This document shows, one piece after another, positions 37,096-46,912 of a stretch of 64,000 nucleotides of DNA (the first letter of the stretch is position 1; each line of letters starts with the position of its first letter). Under the pieces are notes generated by a model. It was not told the DNA's origin and made no database searches. It saw nothing but the letters and a program-made list of their open reading frames with translations. The stretch comes from an uncultured virus (IMG/VR IMGVR_UViG_3300043468_000945) (taxonomy: Duplodnaviria > Heunggongvirae > Uroviricota > Caudoviricetes > Crassvirales): the IMG/VR virus record IMGVR_UViG_3300043468_000945; one strand, given 5' to 3'. The position numbers were made by a program, and so were the translations under genes.

Positions 37096-39301
37096 AGACT
37101 ATGTGCCTCAGAATGCTATTAGCAAGAAGAACACAATTAAGTCTTGGCAGTACGGCTACAATGAGCAGTACGACATGGTCGTCATTTCTAAGACGGGCCA
37201 AATAGGAGATATTATCTGCATATCAGGGCTGTACATCGCCCTACCGGCTGTGCCGAAAGAGTGTCTTCAAAGACACGAAAAACCATCTGAGCAATATTGG
37301 GAGCGAGAGGATTTGCCTAAGGAGCTAGCTCGCATTCAGTCAATCTTCCAATGGAACGATATGCCCACCGAGTTCAAGGACCGATGGGTAGACTACATTG
37401 AGAGCGAGTTTGACCGCAGGGAGAATGGCGTGTGGTTTATGAACAACGGCACCCCGACTTACATAACCGGTTCTCACTACATGTACCTTCAGTGGTCTAG
37501 TATTGACATTGGGTATCCCGACTTCCGGGAAGCAAACCGTATCTATTGGATTTTTTGGGAAGCATGCCGAGCAGATAACCGCTCTTTTGGCATGGTATAC
37601 CTCAAGATTCGTCGTTCGGGATTCTCGTTTATGTCGTCCTCAGAGTGTGTCAACATTGCCACGCTAGCAAAGGACTCACGTGTTGGTATCCTGTCTAAGA
37701 CGGGTAGTGATGCCAAGAAGATGTTCACCGATAAGGTGGTTCCAATCAACAGCAGGCTGCCATTCTTTTTCCGACCTATCATGGACGGTATGGATAAGCC
37801 AAAGACGGAATTAGCCTACCGCGTCCCTGCCGCTAAGATTACCAAGAAGAATATGCACGACGTCGAGGGCGAGACCATTGAAGGTCTTGACACCACGATA
37901 GATTGGAAGAATACGGAAGAGAACTCGTATGACGGGGAGAAGCTGTTGTTCCTTGCGCACGACGAGAGCGCCAAGTGGGTGAAGCCAAACAACATCCTGA
38001 ACAATTGGCGAGTTACCAAAACGTGTTTGCGTTTGGGTAGCAAGATTATCGGCAAGTGTATGATGGGCTCTACCTCCAACGCACTGAGCAAGGGTGGTGA
38101 CAACTACAAGAAACTGTACGAGGACTCAAGAGTTGCTGAGCGCAACGCCAACGGGCAGACCAAAAGCGGGCTGTACGCATTGTTCATTCCTATGGAGTGG
38201 AACATGGAAGGCTTCATAGACATCTATGGCATGCCTGTGTTCCGCAAGCCTGATGCACCCGTACGTGGTGTTGATGGCGGATGGATTAAGAACGGGGCCA
38301 TTGACTATTGGGAGGCGGAGGTTGATTCGCTCAAGAGTGACGCTGACGCACTGAACGAGTTTTACCGTCAGTTCCCACGCACGGAGAGCCACGCCTTCCG
38401 TGACGAGAGCAAGTCGTCGCTGTTCAACCTTACCAAGATTTATCAGCAGATTGACTACAACGACTCGCAGATAGAGGCGCACAGTGTGACACGTGGAACA
38501 TTCCATTGGAAGGACGGAGAGAAAGACACCAAGGTGGTGTGGTCTCCTGACTCAAGGGGAAGGTTCCTTATCAGTTGGGTTCCTCCCGGACACATGCAAA
38601 ACAACGTGGCTACTCGTGGTGGCCTCAAGTATCCCGGCAATGAGCATCTTGGCTCATTCGGGTGTGACTCCTATGACATCTCAGCGGTGGTCGGGGGACG
38701 AGGCTCAAACGGGTCACTACACGGGATGACCAAATACCACATGGAGGATGCACCTGCCAATCAGTTCTTCTTAGAGTATATCGCTCGTCCTCAGACGGCT
38801 GAGATATTCTTTGAGGAGGTGCTGATGGCTTGTGTGTTTTACGGCATGCCTATCCTTGTGGAGAACAATAAGCCGAGGTTGCTGTATCATTTCAAGAATA
38901 GGGGCTATCGCCACTTCTGTATGAACAGGCCTGACAGGCACATGAACAAACTCAGCAAGACTGAGCGTGAGCTAGGTGGTATACCGAACTCATCCGAGGA
39001 CGTGAAGCAATCGCACGCCTCAGCAATTGAATCGTACATTGAGAAATACGTAGGCTTTGATGTCTCAGGGACCTATCGCTCTTCTGATGAAATAGGCGCA
39101 ATGCCGTTCACTAGGACGCTTGAGGATTGGGCTAAGTTCGACATTAACGACCGAACTAAGTTCGACGCATCTATTAGTTCAGGTTTAGCGATTATGGCTA
39201 ACCAAAAACACATATATTTACCTGAGAAAAAAGAGTCGAAAATTAGTATTAATTTCGCAAGGTACACTAATAGTGGAAATATAAGTGAACTCATTAGATG
39301 A
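37064..39301 (+). CDS. terminase large subunit
   Basis: LKIRRSGFS Walker A-like, AHDESAK Walker B, GST motif, GCDSYD nuclease, VENN. Confidence 0.9.
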   Translation: MQNEGLYRIVKDYVPQNAISKKNTIKSWQYGYNEQYDMVVISKTGQIGDIICISGLYIALPAVPKECLQRHEKPSEQYWEREDLPKELARIQSIFQWNDMPTEFKDRWVDYIESEFDRRENGVWFMNNGTPTYITGSHYMYLQWSSIDIGYPDFREANRIYWIFWEACRADNRSFGMVYLKIRRSGFSFMSSSECVNIATLAKDSRVGILSKTGSDAKKMFTDKVVPINSRLPFFFRPIMDGMDKPKTELAYRVPAAKITKKNMHDVEGETIEGLDTTIDWKNTEENSYDGEKLLFLAHDESAKWVKPNNILNNWRVTKTCLRLGSKIIGKCMMGSTSNALSKGGDNYKKLYEDSRVAERNANGQTKSGLYALFIPMEWNMEGFIDIYGMPVFRKPDAPVRGVDGGWIKNGAIDYWEAEVDSLKSDADALNEFYRQFPRTESHAFRDESKSSLFNLTKIYQQIDYNDSQIEAHSVTRGTFHWKDGEKDTKVVWSPDSRGRFLISWVPPGHMQNNVATRGGLKYPGNEHLGSFGCDSYDISAVVGGRGSNGSLHGMTKYHMEDAPANQFFLEYIARPQTAEIFFEEVLMACVFYGMPILVENNKPRLLYHFKNRGYRHFCMNRPDRHMNKLSKTERELGGIPNSSEDVKQSHASAIESYIEKYVGFDVSGTYRSSDEIGAMPFTRTLEDWAKFDINDRTKFDASISSGLAIMANQKHIYLPEKKESKISINFARYTNSGNISELIR
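37261..37276. repeat. 16-bp palindrome copy 7 (in terminase CDS, read as CLQRH)
   Basis: Exact match. Confidence 0.9.
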
Positions 39302-41733
39302 AAGAAGTAATAGTAAGCATATCAACAACAAGCTTTCCGAGTCAGCTAGTATCTGACGCGCAGAAAGCTACTGTCGAATTTGGACTCCAAGTTGGGCAGG
39401 CCATTCAATATGAGTGGTTCCGCAAAGACGGAAATCAATGTCGTTACTATAGCCAATGGCGCGACTTTCATCGTCTTCGCCTATATGCTCGTGGAGAGCA
39501 ACCCGTACAGAAGTACAAAAATGAACTAGCAATAGACGGGGATTTGTCATATCTGAATTTGGATTGGACTCCCGTACCTATTTTGCCTAAGTTCGTAGAC
39601 ATCGTCGTCAATGGGATGTCTGACCGCCTATTCAAAGTAAAGGCGTATGCGCAAGACGCATTGTCTCAGGCCAAGCGCAGCAAATACCAAGACATGCTAG
39701 AAGGACAGATGGCAGGTAAAGATGTCCTCACAAAGATTCAAGAGTCGACGGGTATCAATCCATTCATGATGGACCCCGAGGAGCTTCCTGAGACTGACGA
39801 GGAACTGTCACTCTACATGCAGCTTAATTACAAACCGGCCATTGAAATTGCAGAAGAAGAAGCTATTAATACTCTTTTTGACGAGAATCATTACCAAGAT
39901 ACACGCAAGCGTGTGGATTACGACATTACTGTTGTTGGTATTGGTGTGGCCAAGCACGAGTTTCTTCCGGGAGCAGGCGTACAAATTTCGTACGTTGACC
40001 CCGCGAATATTGTTTACAGTTACACGGAGGACCCGTATTTTAAAGATTGTTTTTATTGGGGAGAAATTAAAACTCTTCCTATTACGGAGTTACTGAAGAT
40101 TGACCCGACTCTTACGCACGAGCAGCTTCAGGAAATCTCTACGTACAGTCAGAGTTGGTATGACTACTACAACGTAGCTCAGTTCTACGAGAACAGTTTG
40201 TTCTACCGCGACACCGCCACTCTGTTGTACTTCAATTATAAGACCACCAAGAAGATTGTCTACAAGAAGAAAGTTCTTGAAGGCGGTGGCTCTCGCATGA
40301 TTCAAAAGGACGACCAATTCAATCCTCCTGTGGAGATGATGGAAGAGGGTAAGTTCGAGAAGATAGAAAAGACCATTGACGTGTGGTATGAAGGTGTCAT
40401 GGTTATGGGGACCAACATTATGTTGAAGTGGAAGATGATGGAGAACATGGTTCGCCCTAAGTCTTCAACTCAGCACGCTATTCCAAACTATGTTGCTGTA
40501 GCCCCAAGGATGTACAAAGGGGTGATAGAGTCGCTCGTTCGGAGAATGGTGCCCTTCGCTGACTTGATTCAAATCACCCACTTGAAATTACAGCAAGTCA
40601 TTGCCCGTGTTGTACCTGATGGTGTCTTCATTGACGCTGATGGGTTGAACGAGGTTGACTTGGGAACCGGTAACGCATACAACCCTGAGGATGCACTTAG
40701 ATTGTACTTCCAAACAGGTAGCGTTATTGGCCGTAGTTATACGCAGGACGGCGAGTTTAACAACGCTCGTATTCCTATTCAGCAGCTTACTTCAAACTCA
40801 GGGGCAAGCAAGACGCAGATGCTGATTGCTAACTACAACCACTACCTAGACATGATTCGGTCTGTGACCGGACTCAACGAGGCTCGTGATGGCTCAATGC
40901 CTGACCCGAACTCTTTGGTTGGTGTACAGAAGTTGGCGGCACTAAACTCAAACACAGCTACCCGTCATATCCTTGAAGGTGGTTTATATATCTACCGCTC
41001 ATTGGCTGAAGCCTTGACGTATCGTGTTGCTGATATTCTAGAGTATGCGGACTTTAAGGATGGATTTGCTAACCGTATTGGTAAGTACAATGTATCTATC
41101 CTCGATGAGGTAAAAGACCTATACATCTACGACTTTGGTATCTTCATTGAGATTTCTCCTGACGAAGAGCAGAAAGCTCAGCTTGAGGCCAACATTCAGA
41201 TGGCATTGTCTAAGGGTGACATCAATCTTGAGGATGCAATTGACATCCGTGAGATTAAGAACCTGAAGCTAGCCAATCAGTTGCTGAAGGTTAAACGTAT
41301 CCGTAAAGAGGAAAGAGAAGAGAAGATGCTGATGCAGAAGCAAGCTATGCAGGCGCAGCAACAACTCAAGTCTCAGGAGATGGCAGGCATGATGGCCTTG
41401 GAGAAAATCAAACTCGAGACCCAATCTAAGATGCAAGTAAAGCAGGCTGAGGTTGCGTTCGAGATTGAGAAGCTAAAGGCCGAAGCTCAGATGAAGCAGA
41501 TGCTTATGAGCGAAGAGTTCAAGTACAACATGCAGATTGCGGGAATAAAAGAAGAGTCTTTGAATGCCCGTGATGATATGAAGGAGCAGGCTAAAGCTAA
41601 GCGCATTAGTCAGCAAAGCACAGAACAATCAAAGCTTATTAATCAGCGCAAGAACAACTTGCCGCCAATGAACTTTGAATCCAACGAGGATACCCTTGAT
41701 GGTTTCGATTTGGCTGAGTTTGAACCTCGCTGA
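39298..41733 (+). CDS. portal protein
   Basis: 811 aa after the terminase, long C-terminal Q/K/E coiled coil, TGLNEARDG. Confidence 0.85.
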   Translation: MKEVIVSISTTSFPSQLVSDAQKATVEFGLQVGQAIQYEWFRKDGNQCRYYSQWRDFHRLRLYARGEQPVQKYKNELAIDGDLSYLNLDWTPVPILPKFVDIVVNGMSDRLFKVKAYAQDALSQAKRSKYQDMLEGQMAGKDVLTKIQESTGINPFMMDPEELPETDEELSLYMQLNYKPAIEIAEEEAINTLFDENHYQDTRKRVDYDITVVGIGVAKHEFLPGAGVQISYVDPANIVYSYTEDPYFKDCFYWGEIKTLPITELLKIDPTLTHEQLQEISTYSQSWYDYYNVAQFYENSLFYRDTATLLYFNYKTTKKIVYKKKVLEGGGSRMIQKDDQFNPPVEMMEEGKFEKIEKTIDVWYEGVMVMGTNIMLKWKMMENMVRPKSSTQHAIPNYVAVAPRMYKGVIESLVRRMVPFADLIQITHLKLQQVIARVVPDGVFIDADGLNEVDLGTGNAYNPEDALRLYFQTGSVIGRSYTQDGEFNNARIPIQQLTSNSGASKTQMLIANYNHYLDMIRSVTGLNEARDGSMPDPNSLVGVQKLAALNSNTATRHILEGGLYIYRSLAEALTYRVADILEYADFKDGFANRIGKYNVSILDEVKDLYIYDFGIFIEISPDEEQKAQLEANIQMALSKGDINLEDAIDIREIKNLKLANQLLKVKRIRKEEREEKMLMQKQAMQAQQQLKSQEMAGMMALEKIKLETQSKMQVKQAEVAFEIEKLKAEAQMKQMLMSEEFKYNMQIAGIKEESLNARDDMKEQAKAKRISQQSTEQSKLINQRKNNLPPMNFESNEDTLDGFDLAEFEPR

Positions 41734-41781
41734 TAAATAATATATTTTTTGTATAAATTTGTAACAATTAAATCGAATCTA

Positions 41782-42903
41782 ATGGAAATCAAAGTAAGAG
41801 CCATCGGCGAAGCAGAACAAAAGAGCGTAGCGGAAGTTGAACAAGAACTTCTTGAAAAGCACGCTAGGGAACAACAAGCAGCGGACGAAGCAGCAGCAGT
41901 TGCAGCAGCCGCTCAAAATCAGGACCCACCTGCGGGCGGAGAAGGCGAAGGGGACCAAGGCGGCGAACCCGCTGAGTTAACCGAAGAACAAGTTCTTTCA
42001 TATATTGGAAAACGCTACAATAAGCAAATCAGCTCATTCGATGAGTTGGTGGCTGAACGTCAAGACAGCGAACCGCTGCCTGAAGACGTGGCTGCTTATA
42101 TGAAGTATAAAAAGGAGACAGGCCGTGGCTTTGAAGACTTCCTTCAACTGAAGAAGGATTTTGATGCCATGAATCCTGACCAACTCCTAAAAGAATACCT
42201 TGCGGCGACGCAGCATGGCTTGGACGCTGAGGACATTGAAACCCTCATGGAAGAGTACAGCTACGACGAGACCCTTGATGATGACTCAAAAATCAAGAGG
42301 GTTAAAATCGCAAGGAAGAAAGCTATTGCCGAGGCCAAGTCCTACTTCAATGAACAGAAGGAGAAATACAAGCTGCCACTTGAGTCAAGTGGCTCAGGCT
42401 TATCTCCGGAAGAGAAAGAAGAGTACGAGGCGTATCGTCAGTATACAAAGCAGGCGAAGACCCTGCAGGAGGAAAACGACCGAAAGCGTCAATGGTTTGA
42501 CCAAAAGTCCGATGATGTCTTTAGTAAAGACTTCAAAGGTTTTGAGTTCGAGTTGAACGACAAGAAGTTTACCTTTTCTCCCGGTGCAGCTGCTGAATTG
42601 AGAAAGGCTCAGTCAACTCCAATGAACTTTGTTTCAAAGTACTTGGATGAGAGTGGTCTTATTAAGGATGCCGCAGGATACCATAGGGCTTTGTCAATCG
42701 CAATGAACCCCGACAAATTTGCTAAGTTCTTCTATGAGCAGGGCTTGGCAGACGCCACGGAGGATGTAACGCGTCAGATAAAAAACATCAACATGTCTGA
42801 CCGCAAAGCACCTGAAGTGATGAATAAGGGGGGAATGCAGGTAAAGGCGGTGAACCAAGATTCCGGAAGGAACCTGAAAATCCGCAGCATCAAAAAAATC
42901 TAA
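41782..42903 (+). CDS. putative capsid scaffolding protein
   Basis: Acidic helical protein between portal and capsid; TAAATTTG at 41754-41761. Confidence 0.65.
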   Translation: MEIKVRAIGEAEQKSVAEVEQELLEKHAREQQAADEAAAVAAAAQNQDPPAGGEGEGDQGGEPAELTEEQVLSYIGKRYNKQISSFDELVAERQDSEPLPEDVAAYMKYKKETGRGFEDFLQLKKDFDAMNPDQLLKEYLAATQHGLDAEDIETLMEEYSYDETLDDDSKIKRVKIARKKAIAEAKSYFNEQKEKYKLPLESSGSGLSPEEKEEYEAYRQYTKQAKTLQEENDRKRQWFDQKSDDVFSKDFKGFEFELNDKKFTFSPGAAAELRKAQSTPMNFVSKYLDESGLIKDAAGYHRALSIAMNPDKFAKFFYEQGLADATEDVTRQIKNINMSDRKAPEVMNKGGMQVKAVNQDSGRNLKIRSIKKI

Positions 42904-42921
42904 AAATAAAAACTTAAAAAA

Positions 42922-44343
42922 ATGGCTGTATTAAACACCCCCGGGTATCAGCTTCAGCCGAGTGCTGAGCAGGTACCATTGTCAACTAACTACATTACCA
43001 ACTTCGACTTCTTGAATCAGTATCTTCCTGATACCTACGAGAAAGAATTTGAGCGTTACGGTAATCGTACTGTCGCATCTTTCCTCCGTATGGTAGGTGC
43101 TGAAATGCCTTCTAACTCAGACATGATTAAATGGGCTGAACAAGGTCGTTTGCATACTAAGTATGTAAACTGTGATTCTTCTGCTGCTGCAGCTGCTGAC
43201 TCCGCGACTATCACCGTGAATGATGCAAACGTAACTGCAATTGCAATCCGTGCCGGTCAGACTGTATTCATCTCTGACAACGCTACAGGCCTTTCTAACA
43301 AAGGTATCGTTACTGTAGTAGACGTTCCTAACAACACTTTCGACGTAGCTTACTACGAAGGTGGTGGTCAAGCTTTCTCAGGAACTGCCGTACTTTCTGT
43401 ATGGATTTATGGTTCTGAATTTAAGAAAGGAACTGTTGGAATGATTGGCTCTTTGGAAAGCGAAGACGAGTTCTTCGAGAACTCTCCAATCATCATTAAG
43501 GACAAATACGCTGTAAGCGGTTCTGACATGGCTCAGATTGGATGGGTTGAAGTTACCACTGAGAACGGTGCTACCGGTTACTTGTGGTACTTGAAGAGCG
43601 AGCACGAAACTCGTTTGCGTTTCGAGGATTACCTTGAGACTGCAATGATTGAAGCCGTTCCTGCTGAAACAGGTTCAGGTGTTGCTAACGCTTCTTTAAA
43701 CCCAATCTACGGTAACAAAGGTTCAGAAGGTATCTTCTACGTTGTTAACAACCGTGGTAACGTTTGGGGCGGTGGTAACCCAACTACCTTGGCTGATTTC
43801 GATAGCATCATCTCTCGTTTGGACAAGCAAGGCTCTATCGAAGAAAACGTAATCTTCGTAAACCGTGCCTTCAGCTTCGACATCGACGACATGTTGGCTG
43901 CTCAGAACAGCTACGGTGCAAACGGTACCTCTTACGGTCTGTTTGACAACGACAAGGACATGGCTTTGAACTTGGGCTTCACCGGGTTCCGTCGTGGTTA
44001 CGACTTCTACAAGTCTGATTGGAAGTACTTGAACGACCCAACCATGCGTGGTGGTCTTCCTACTGCTTCTACAGCTGTGGGTACCGTAACAGGTCTTTTG
44101 GTTCCTGCAGGTTCTACGAACGTGTACGACCAAATCATGGGTAAAAACGCTAAGCGTCCTTTCTTGCACGTACGTTACCGTGCGTCTGAGACTGAAGACC
44201 GTCGTTACAAAACTTGGATTACAGGTTCTGCCGGTGGTGCTCAGACAAGCGACCTTGATGCAATGGAGGTGAACTTCCTCTCTGAGCGTTGCGTTTGTAC
44301 CTTGGGTGCTAACAACTTCGTATTGTTCCGCTACGGCGCATAA
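42922..44343 (+). CDS. major capsid protein
   Basis: 473 aa, strongly biased codon usage, position after the scaffold, followed by a strong terminator. Confidence 0.85.
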   Translation: MAVLNTPGYQLQPSAEQVPLSTNYITNFDFLNQYLPDTYEKEFERYGNRTVASFLRMVGAEMPSNSDMIKWAEQGRLHTKYVNCDSSAAAAADSATITVNDANVTAIAIRAGQTVFISDNATGLSNKGIVTVVDVPNNTFDVAYYEGGGQAFSGTAVLSVWIYGSEFKKGTVGMIGSLESEDEFFENSPIIIKDKYAVSGSDMAQIGWVEVTTENGATGYLWYLKSEHETRLRFEDYLETAMIEAVPAETGSGVANASLNPIYGNKGSEGIFYVVNNRGNVWGGGNPTTLADFDSIISRLDKQGSIEENVIFVNRAFSFDIDDMLAAQNSYGANGTSYGLFDNDKDMALNLGFTGFRRGYDFYKSDWKYLNDPTMRGGLPTASTAVGTVTGLLVPAGSTNVYDQIMGKNAKRPFLHVRYRASETEDRRYKTWITGSAGGAQTSDLDAMEVNFLSERCVCTLGANNFVLFRYGA

Positions 44344-44356
44344 TCGAAGAAGAAAT

Positions 44357-44394
44357 AGGGGTGGTGTGTCTTCAAAGACACACCCCCTTTTTTT
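44357..44394 (+). terminator. terminator after the capsid gene, built around 16-bp palindrome copy 8 (44366-44381)
   Basis: GGGGTGGTGTGTCTTCAAAGACACACCCCC followed by T7. Confidence 0.85.
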
Positions 44395-44417
44395 AAAATT
44401 TTATCAAATCATATCAA

Positions 44418-45161
44418 ATGAAAAAGACAATCATTCCCGTAGATAAATTCTACAAGCTAAAAGGAAAGGCAGCTCCGCTGTCATACACACTCCCATCTAG
44501 AAACACAAAGCGCTACCCGCTATTGTGGTTTGATGAAGAGAATAATGTTAACCGCCCTTTGCGTTATGCAATCAATCAGAAGACTCCTTTTGAAGATGAG
44601 CAGGACGGAAATGCAATCGTAGAACCAATTATTTTTGAGAACGGATTCTTGAGTGTTCCCAAGAATAACCCTGTTTTGCAGCAATTCTTACACTATCATC
44701 CTTTGAATGGAATCTCTTTTGCAGAGGTTGATTACGAAAAGGATGCAACACAAGAAGTTGAAAGCTTATCCGCAGAGGTGGATGCTTTGATTGAAGCTCG
44801 TCAATTAAGTCTTGAGCAGCTTGAGACAGTTTGCCGAGTTTTGTTTGGTAAGGACCCTGCTCGTTATACGTCTGCTGAATTGAAGCGTGACGTCTTGATT
44901 TATGCCAAGCGTGACCCCCGTGGTTTCTTGAACATCTTATCAGACCCAATGTTGAAATTGCAGTCAAACGTGCATGTGTTCTTTGAGAGCAAGCTGTTGA
45001 CTTTTAGGAATGGCCGCAAGGAAGTTTGGTTTAATACCAACTCCAACAAGAAGAAAATGTTGACCGTGCCTTACGGCGAGGACCCATACTTTTCTGTTGC
45101 CAATTTCTTTAAGAGCGATGAAGGAATTGACGCCCTAAAAATGCTTGAAAATAGCTTGTAG
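44418..45161 (+). CDS. conserved-looking protein downstream of the capsid gene
   Basis: Long ORF at a position typical of crAss-like head modules. Confidence 0.75.
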   Translation: MKKTIIPVDKFYKLKGKAAPLSYTLPSRNTKRYPLLWFDEENNVNRPLRYAINQKTPFEDEQDGNAIVEPIIFENGFLSVPKNNPVLQQFLHYHPLNGISFAEVDYEKDATQEVESLSAEVDALIEARQLSLEQLETVCRVLFGKDPARYTSAELKRDVLIYAKRDPRGFLNILSDPMLKLQSNVHVFFESKLLTFRNGRKEVWFNTNSNKKKMLTVPYGEDPYFSVANFFKSDEGIDALKMLENSL

Positions 45162-45190
45162 AGATTTCTATATAAGCTAGCAATCGTTAG

Positions 45191-45220
45191 AGAGGGTATT
45201 TCTATACCCTCTTTTTTTTT
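45191..45220 (+). terminator. Rho-independent terminator
   Basis: AGAGGGTAT-TTCT-ATACCCTCT followed by a T tract. Confidence 0.85.
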
Positions 45221-45244
45221 GTATATCTTTGTAAAAACAGTATA

Positions 45245-45985
45245 ATGATTAATTCTGTAAGAAATACCGTATTGGCTGTTCTCAATAAGAACAATTACGG
45301 ATATGTATCTCCGTCTGATTTTAACCTGTACGCCAAACAGTCTCAGCTTGAGGTATTTGAAGAGTATTTTTCTCTGTACAATAAGACCATAAATCAGGAG
45401 AACGCCCGTGTTTCAGGGACATCTTATGCTGATGCTCGTAAGGCTATTGAAGAGTGCATTGAACTTTTCTCTCAAACATCAACGCTCACTCAGGTAGCTC
45501 CGGGTTCAAATAGATTTTTCTTGCCATCATTGACCACGACCGGTTTTGATTATTTCCTGATTAATAAAGTGCTATGCTATGACGCATCAGGAACTAGCCG
45601 TGTGTTTAAAGGAGAGGCAGAGAAGGTAAACCACAGTCAGATTACCATGTTGGTGAACTCATTGTTGACCACTCCGACCGAACAATACCCTGCATACGTG
45701 CAGGAAGGTGGTATAATGACGGTATATCCTTCGACTATTAACTTACCATCTGAAGTAGATGCTCAATATTTTAGGTACCCAAAAGACCCAAAATGGACGT
45801 ATATTACATTGGCAAGTGGAGAGCCTGTGTTTGACCAATCACAGCCGGACTATCAAGACTTTGAGGTTCCATTAGAGGATGAGTACAAACTCGTATCTAA
45901 GATTCTTCAGTACTGTGGTATGTCTATCCGTGAGATTCAAGTTCAACAGTTTGGTGCTGTTGAAGAACAAAAACAATCGTTATAA
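45245..45985 (+). CDS. tail ring/adaptor protein
   Basis: LNKNNYGYVSPSDFN, YFRYPKDPKW; position; TATCTTTG at 45224-45231. Confidence 0.65.
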   Translation: MINSVRNTVLAVLNKNNYGYVSPSDFNLYAKQSQLEVFEEYFSLYNKTINQENARVSGTSYADARKAIEECIELFSQTSTLTQVAPGSNRFFLPSLTTTGFDYFLINKVLCYDASGTSRVFKGEAEKVNHSQITMLVNSLLTTPTEQYPAYVQEGGIMTVYPSTINLPSEVDAQYFRYPKDPKWTYITLASGEPVFDQSQPDYQDFEVPLEDEYKLVSKILQYCGMSIREIQVQQFGAVEEQKQSL

Positions 45986-45987
45986 TC

Positions 45988-46911
45988 ATGGCATATATAA
46001 GTCAATATCAGTACTACGCCAACGGAGGTAACCAACCTGCAGATGCCAATTGGGGCTCATATCAGTACGTAAGCCTATTCGACATCGTCAACAATTTCTT
46101 GTTGATGTATTCAGGGAACCACTCCTTGGTAAATAACGAGGAGCGATTCAAGATATTGTTCCACGCAAAGCGTGCAATCCAAGAGTTGAACTACGACGCG
46201 TTCAAGGAAATCAAAGTACTTGAGCTTACTGTAGATGACTCATTGCGATATATCCTCCCGTCTGACTACGTCAATTGGGTAAGGGTAAACCTGTATAAGG
46301 ATGGGTACTTACGCCCACTTACAGAGAACATTCAAATCCTGTCGGCTCAGGCATACTTGCAGGACCAACAGGGAGTAATTCTTTTCGACCAAAACGGTAA
46401 CGTGTTGCAGCCTCAGTTCTCTGAAATTGACTACGACCGTTTGCATGGAACCAAGAAAAGTATCTACCTCAATCCCGGAGCTCCATACGATGGTCAGTAC
46501 GGATGGGAGGTAGACGGCAATTGGTATTTTGAGTATGGCCTAGGACAGCGCTATGGTCTGAATACCGAGACCGCAAACTTCAACCCAACGTTTGCGATTG
46601 ATAAGAAGTATGGGGTTATCAACTTTAACTCTGACATGTATGGTCAGTCGGTTATCCTTGAGTACATATCTGATGGTATGGAGAACGGGAACGACTCATC
46701 TGTGACAGTAAACAAGTTGTTTGAAAAATACATTTACGCATACATTCAGTATGAGATTCTGAACTCTAAACTTGGAGTGCAGGAATACATCGTTGCTCGT
46801 GCCCGCAAGGAGAAGACGGCATTGTTGCGTAATGCTAAAATTAGAATCAGTAACATACATCCCGGCAGGTTGTTGATGAACTTGCGTGGAATGGACAAGA
46901 TTATAAAGTAA
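45988..46911 (+). CDS. tail tubular/ring protein
   Basis: LPSDYVNWVRV, ILEYISDG; position before the stabilisation protein. Confidence 0.65.
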   Translation: MAYISQYQYYANGGNQPADANWGSYQYVSLFDIVNNFLLMYSGNHSLVNNEERFKILFHAKRAIQELNYDAFKEIKVLELTVDDSLRYILPSDYVNWVRVNLYKDGYLRPLTENIQILSAQAYLQDQQGVILFDQNGNVLQPQFSEIDYDRLHGTKKSIYLNPGAPYDGQYGWEVDGNWYFEYGLGQRYGLNTETANFNPTFAIDKKYGVINFNSDMYGQSVILEYISDGMENGNDSSVTVNKLFEKYIYAYIQYEILNSKLGVQEYIVARARKEKTALLRNAKIRISNIHPGRLLMNLRGMDKIIK

Positions 46912-46912
46912 T

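Noticed and set aside
40622..40637. Degenerate palindrome GTGTCTTCATTGACGC and several half-sites (e.g. near 301, 2872, 55727)
   Set aside because: Three or more mismatches; compatible with chance
570..44381. Palindrome copies as a CRISPR array or IS ends
   Set aside because: Dispersed, with no regular spacers and no cas or transposase gene seen
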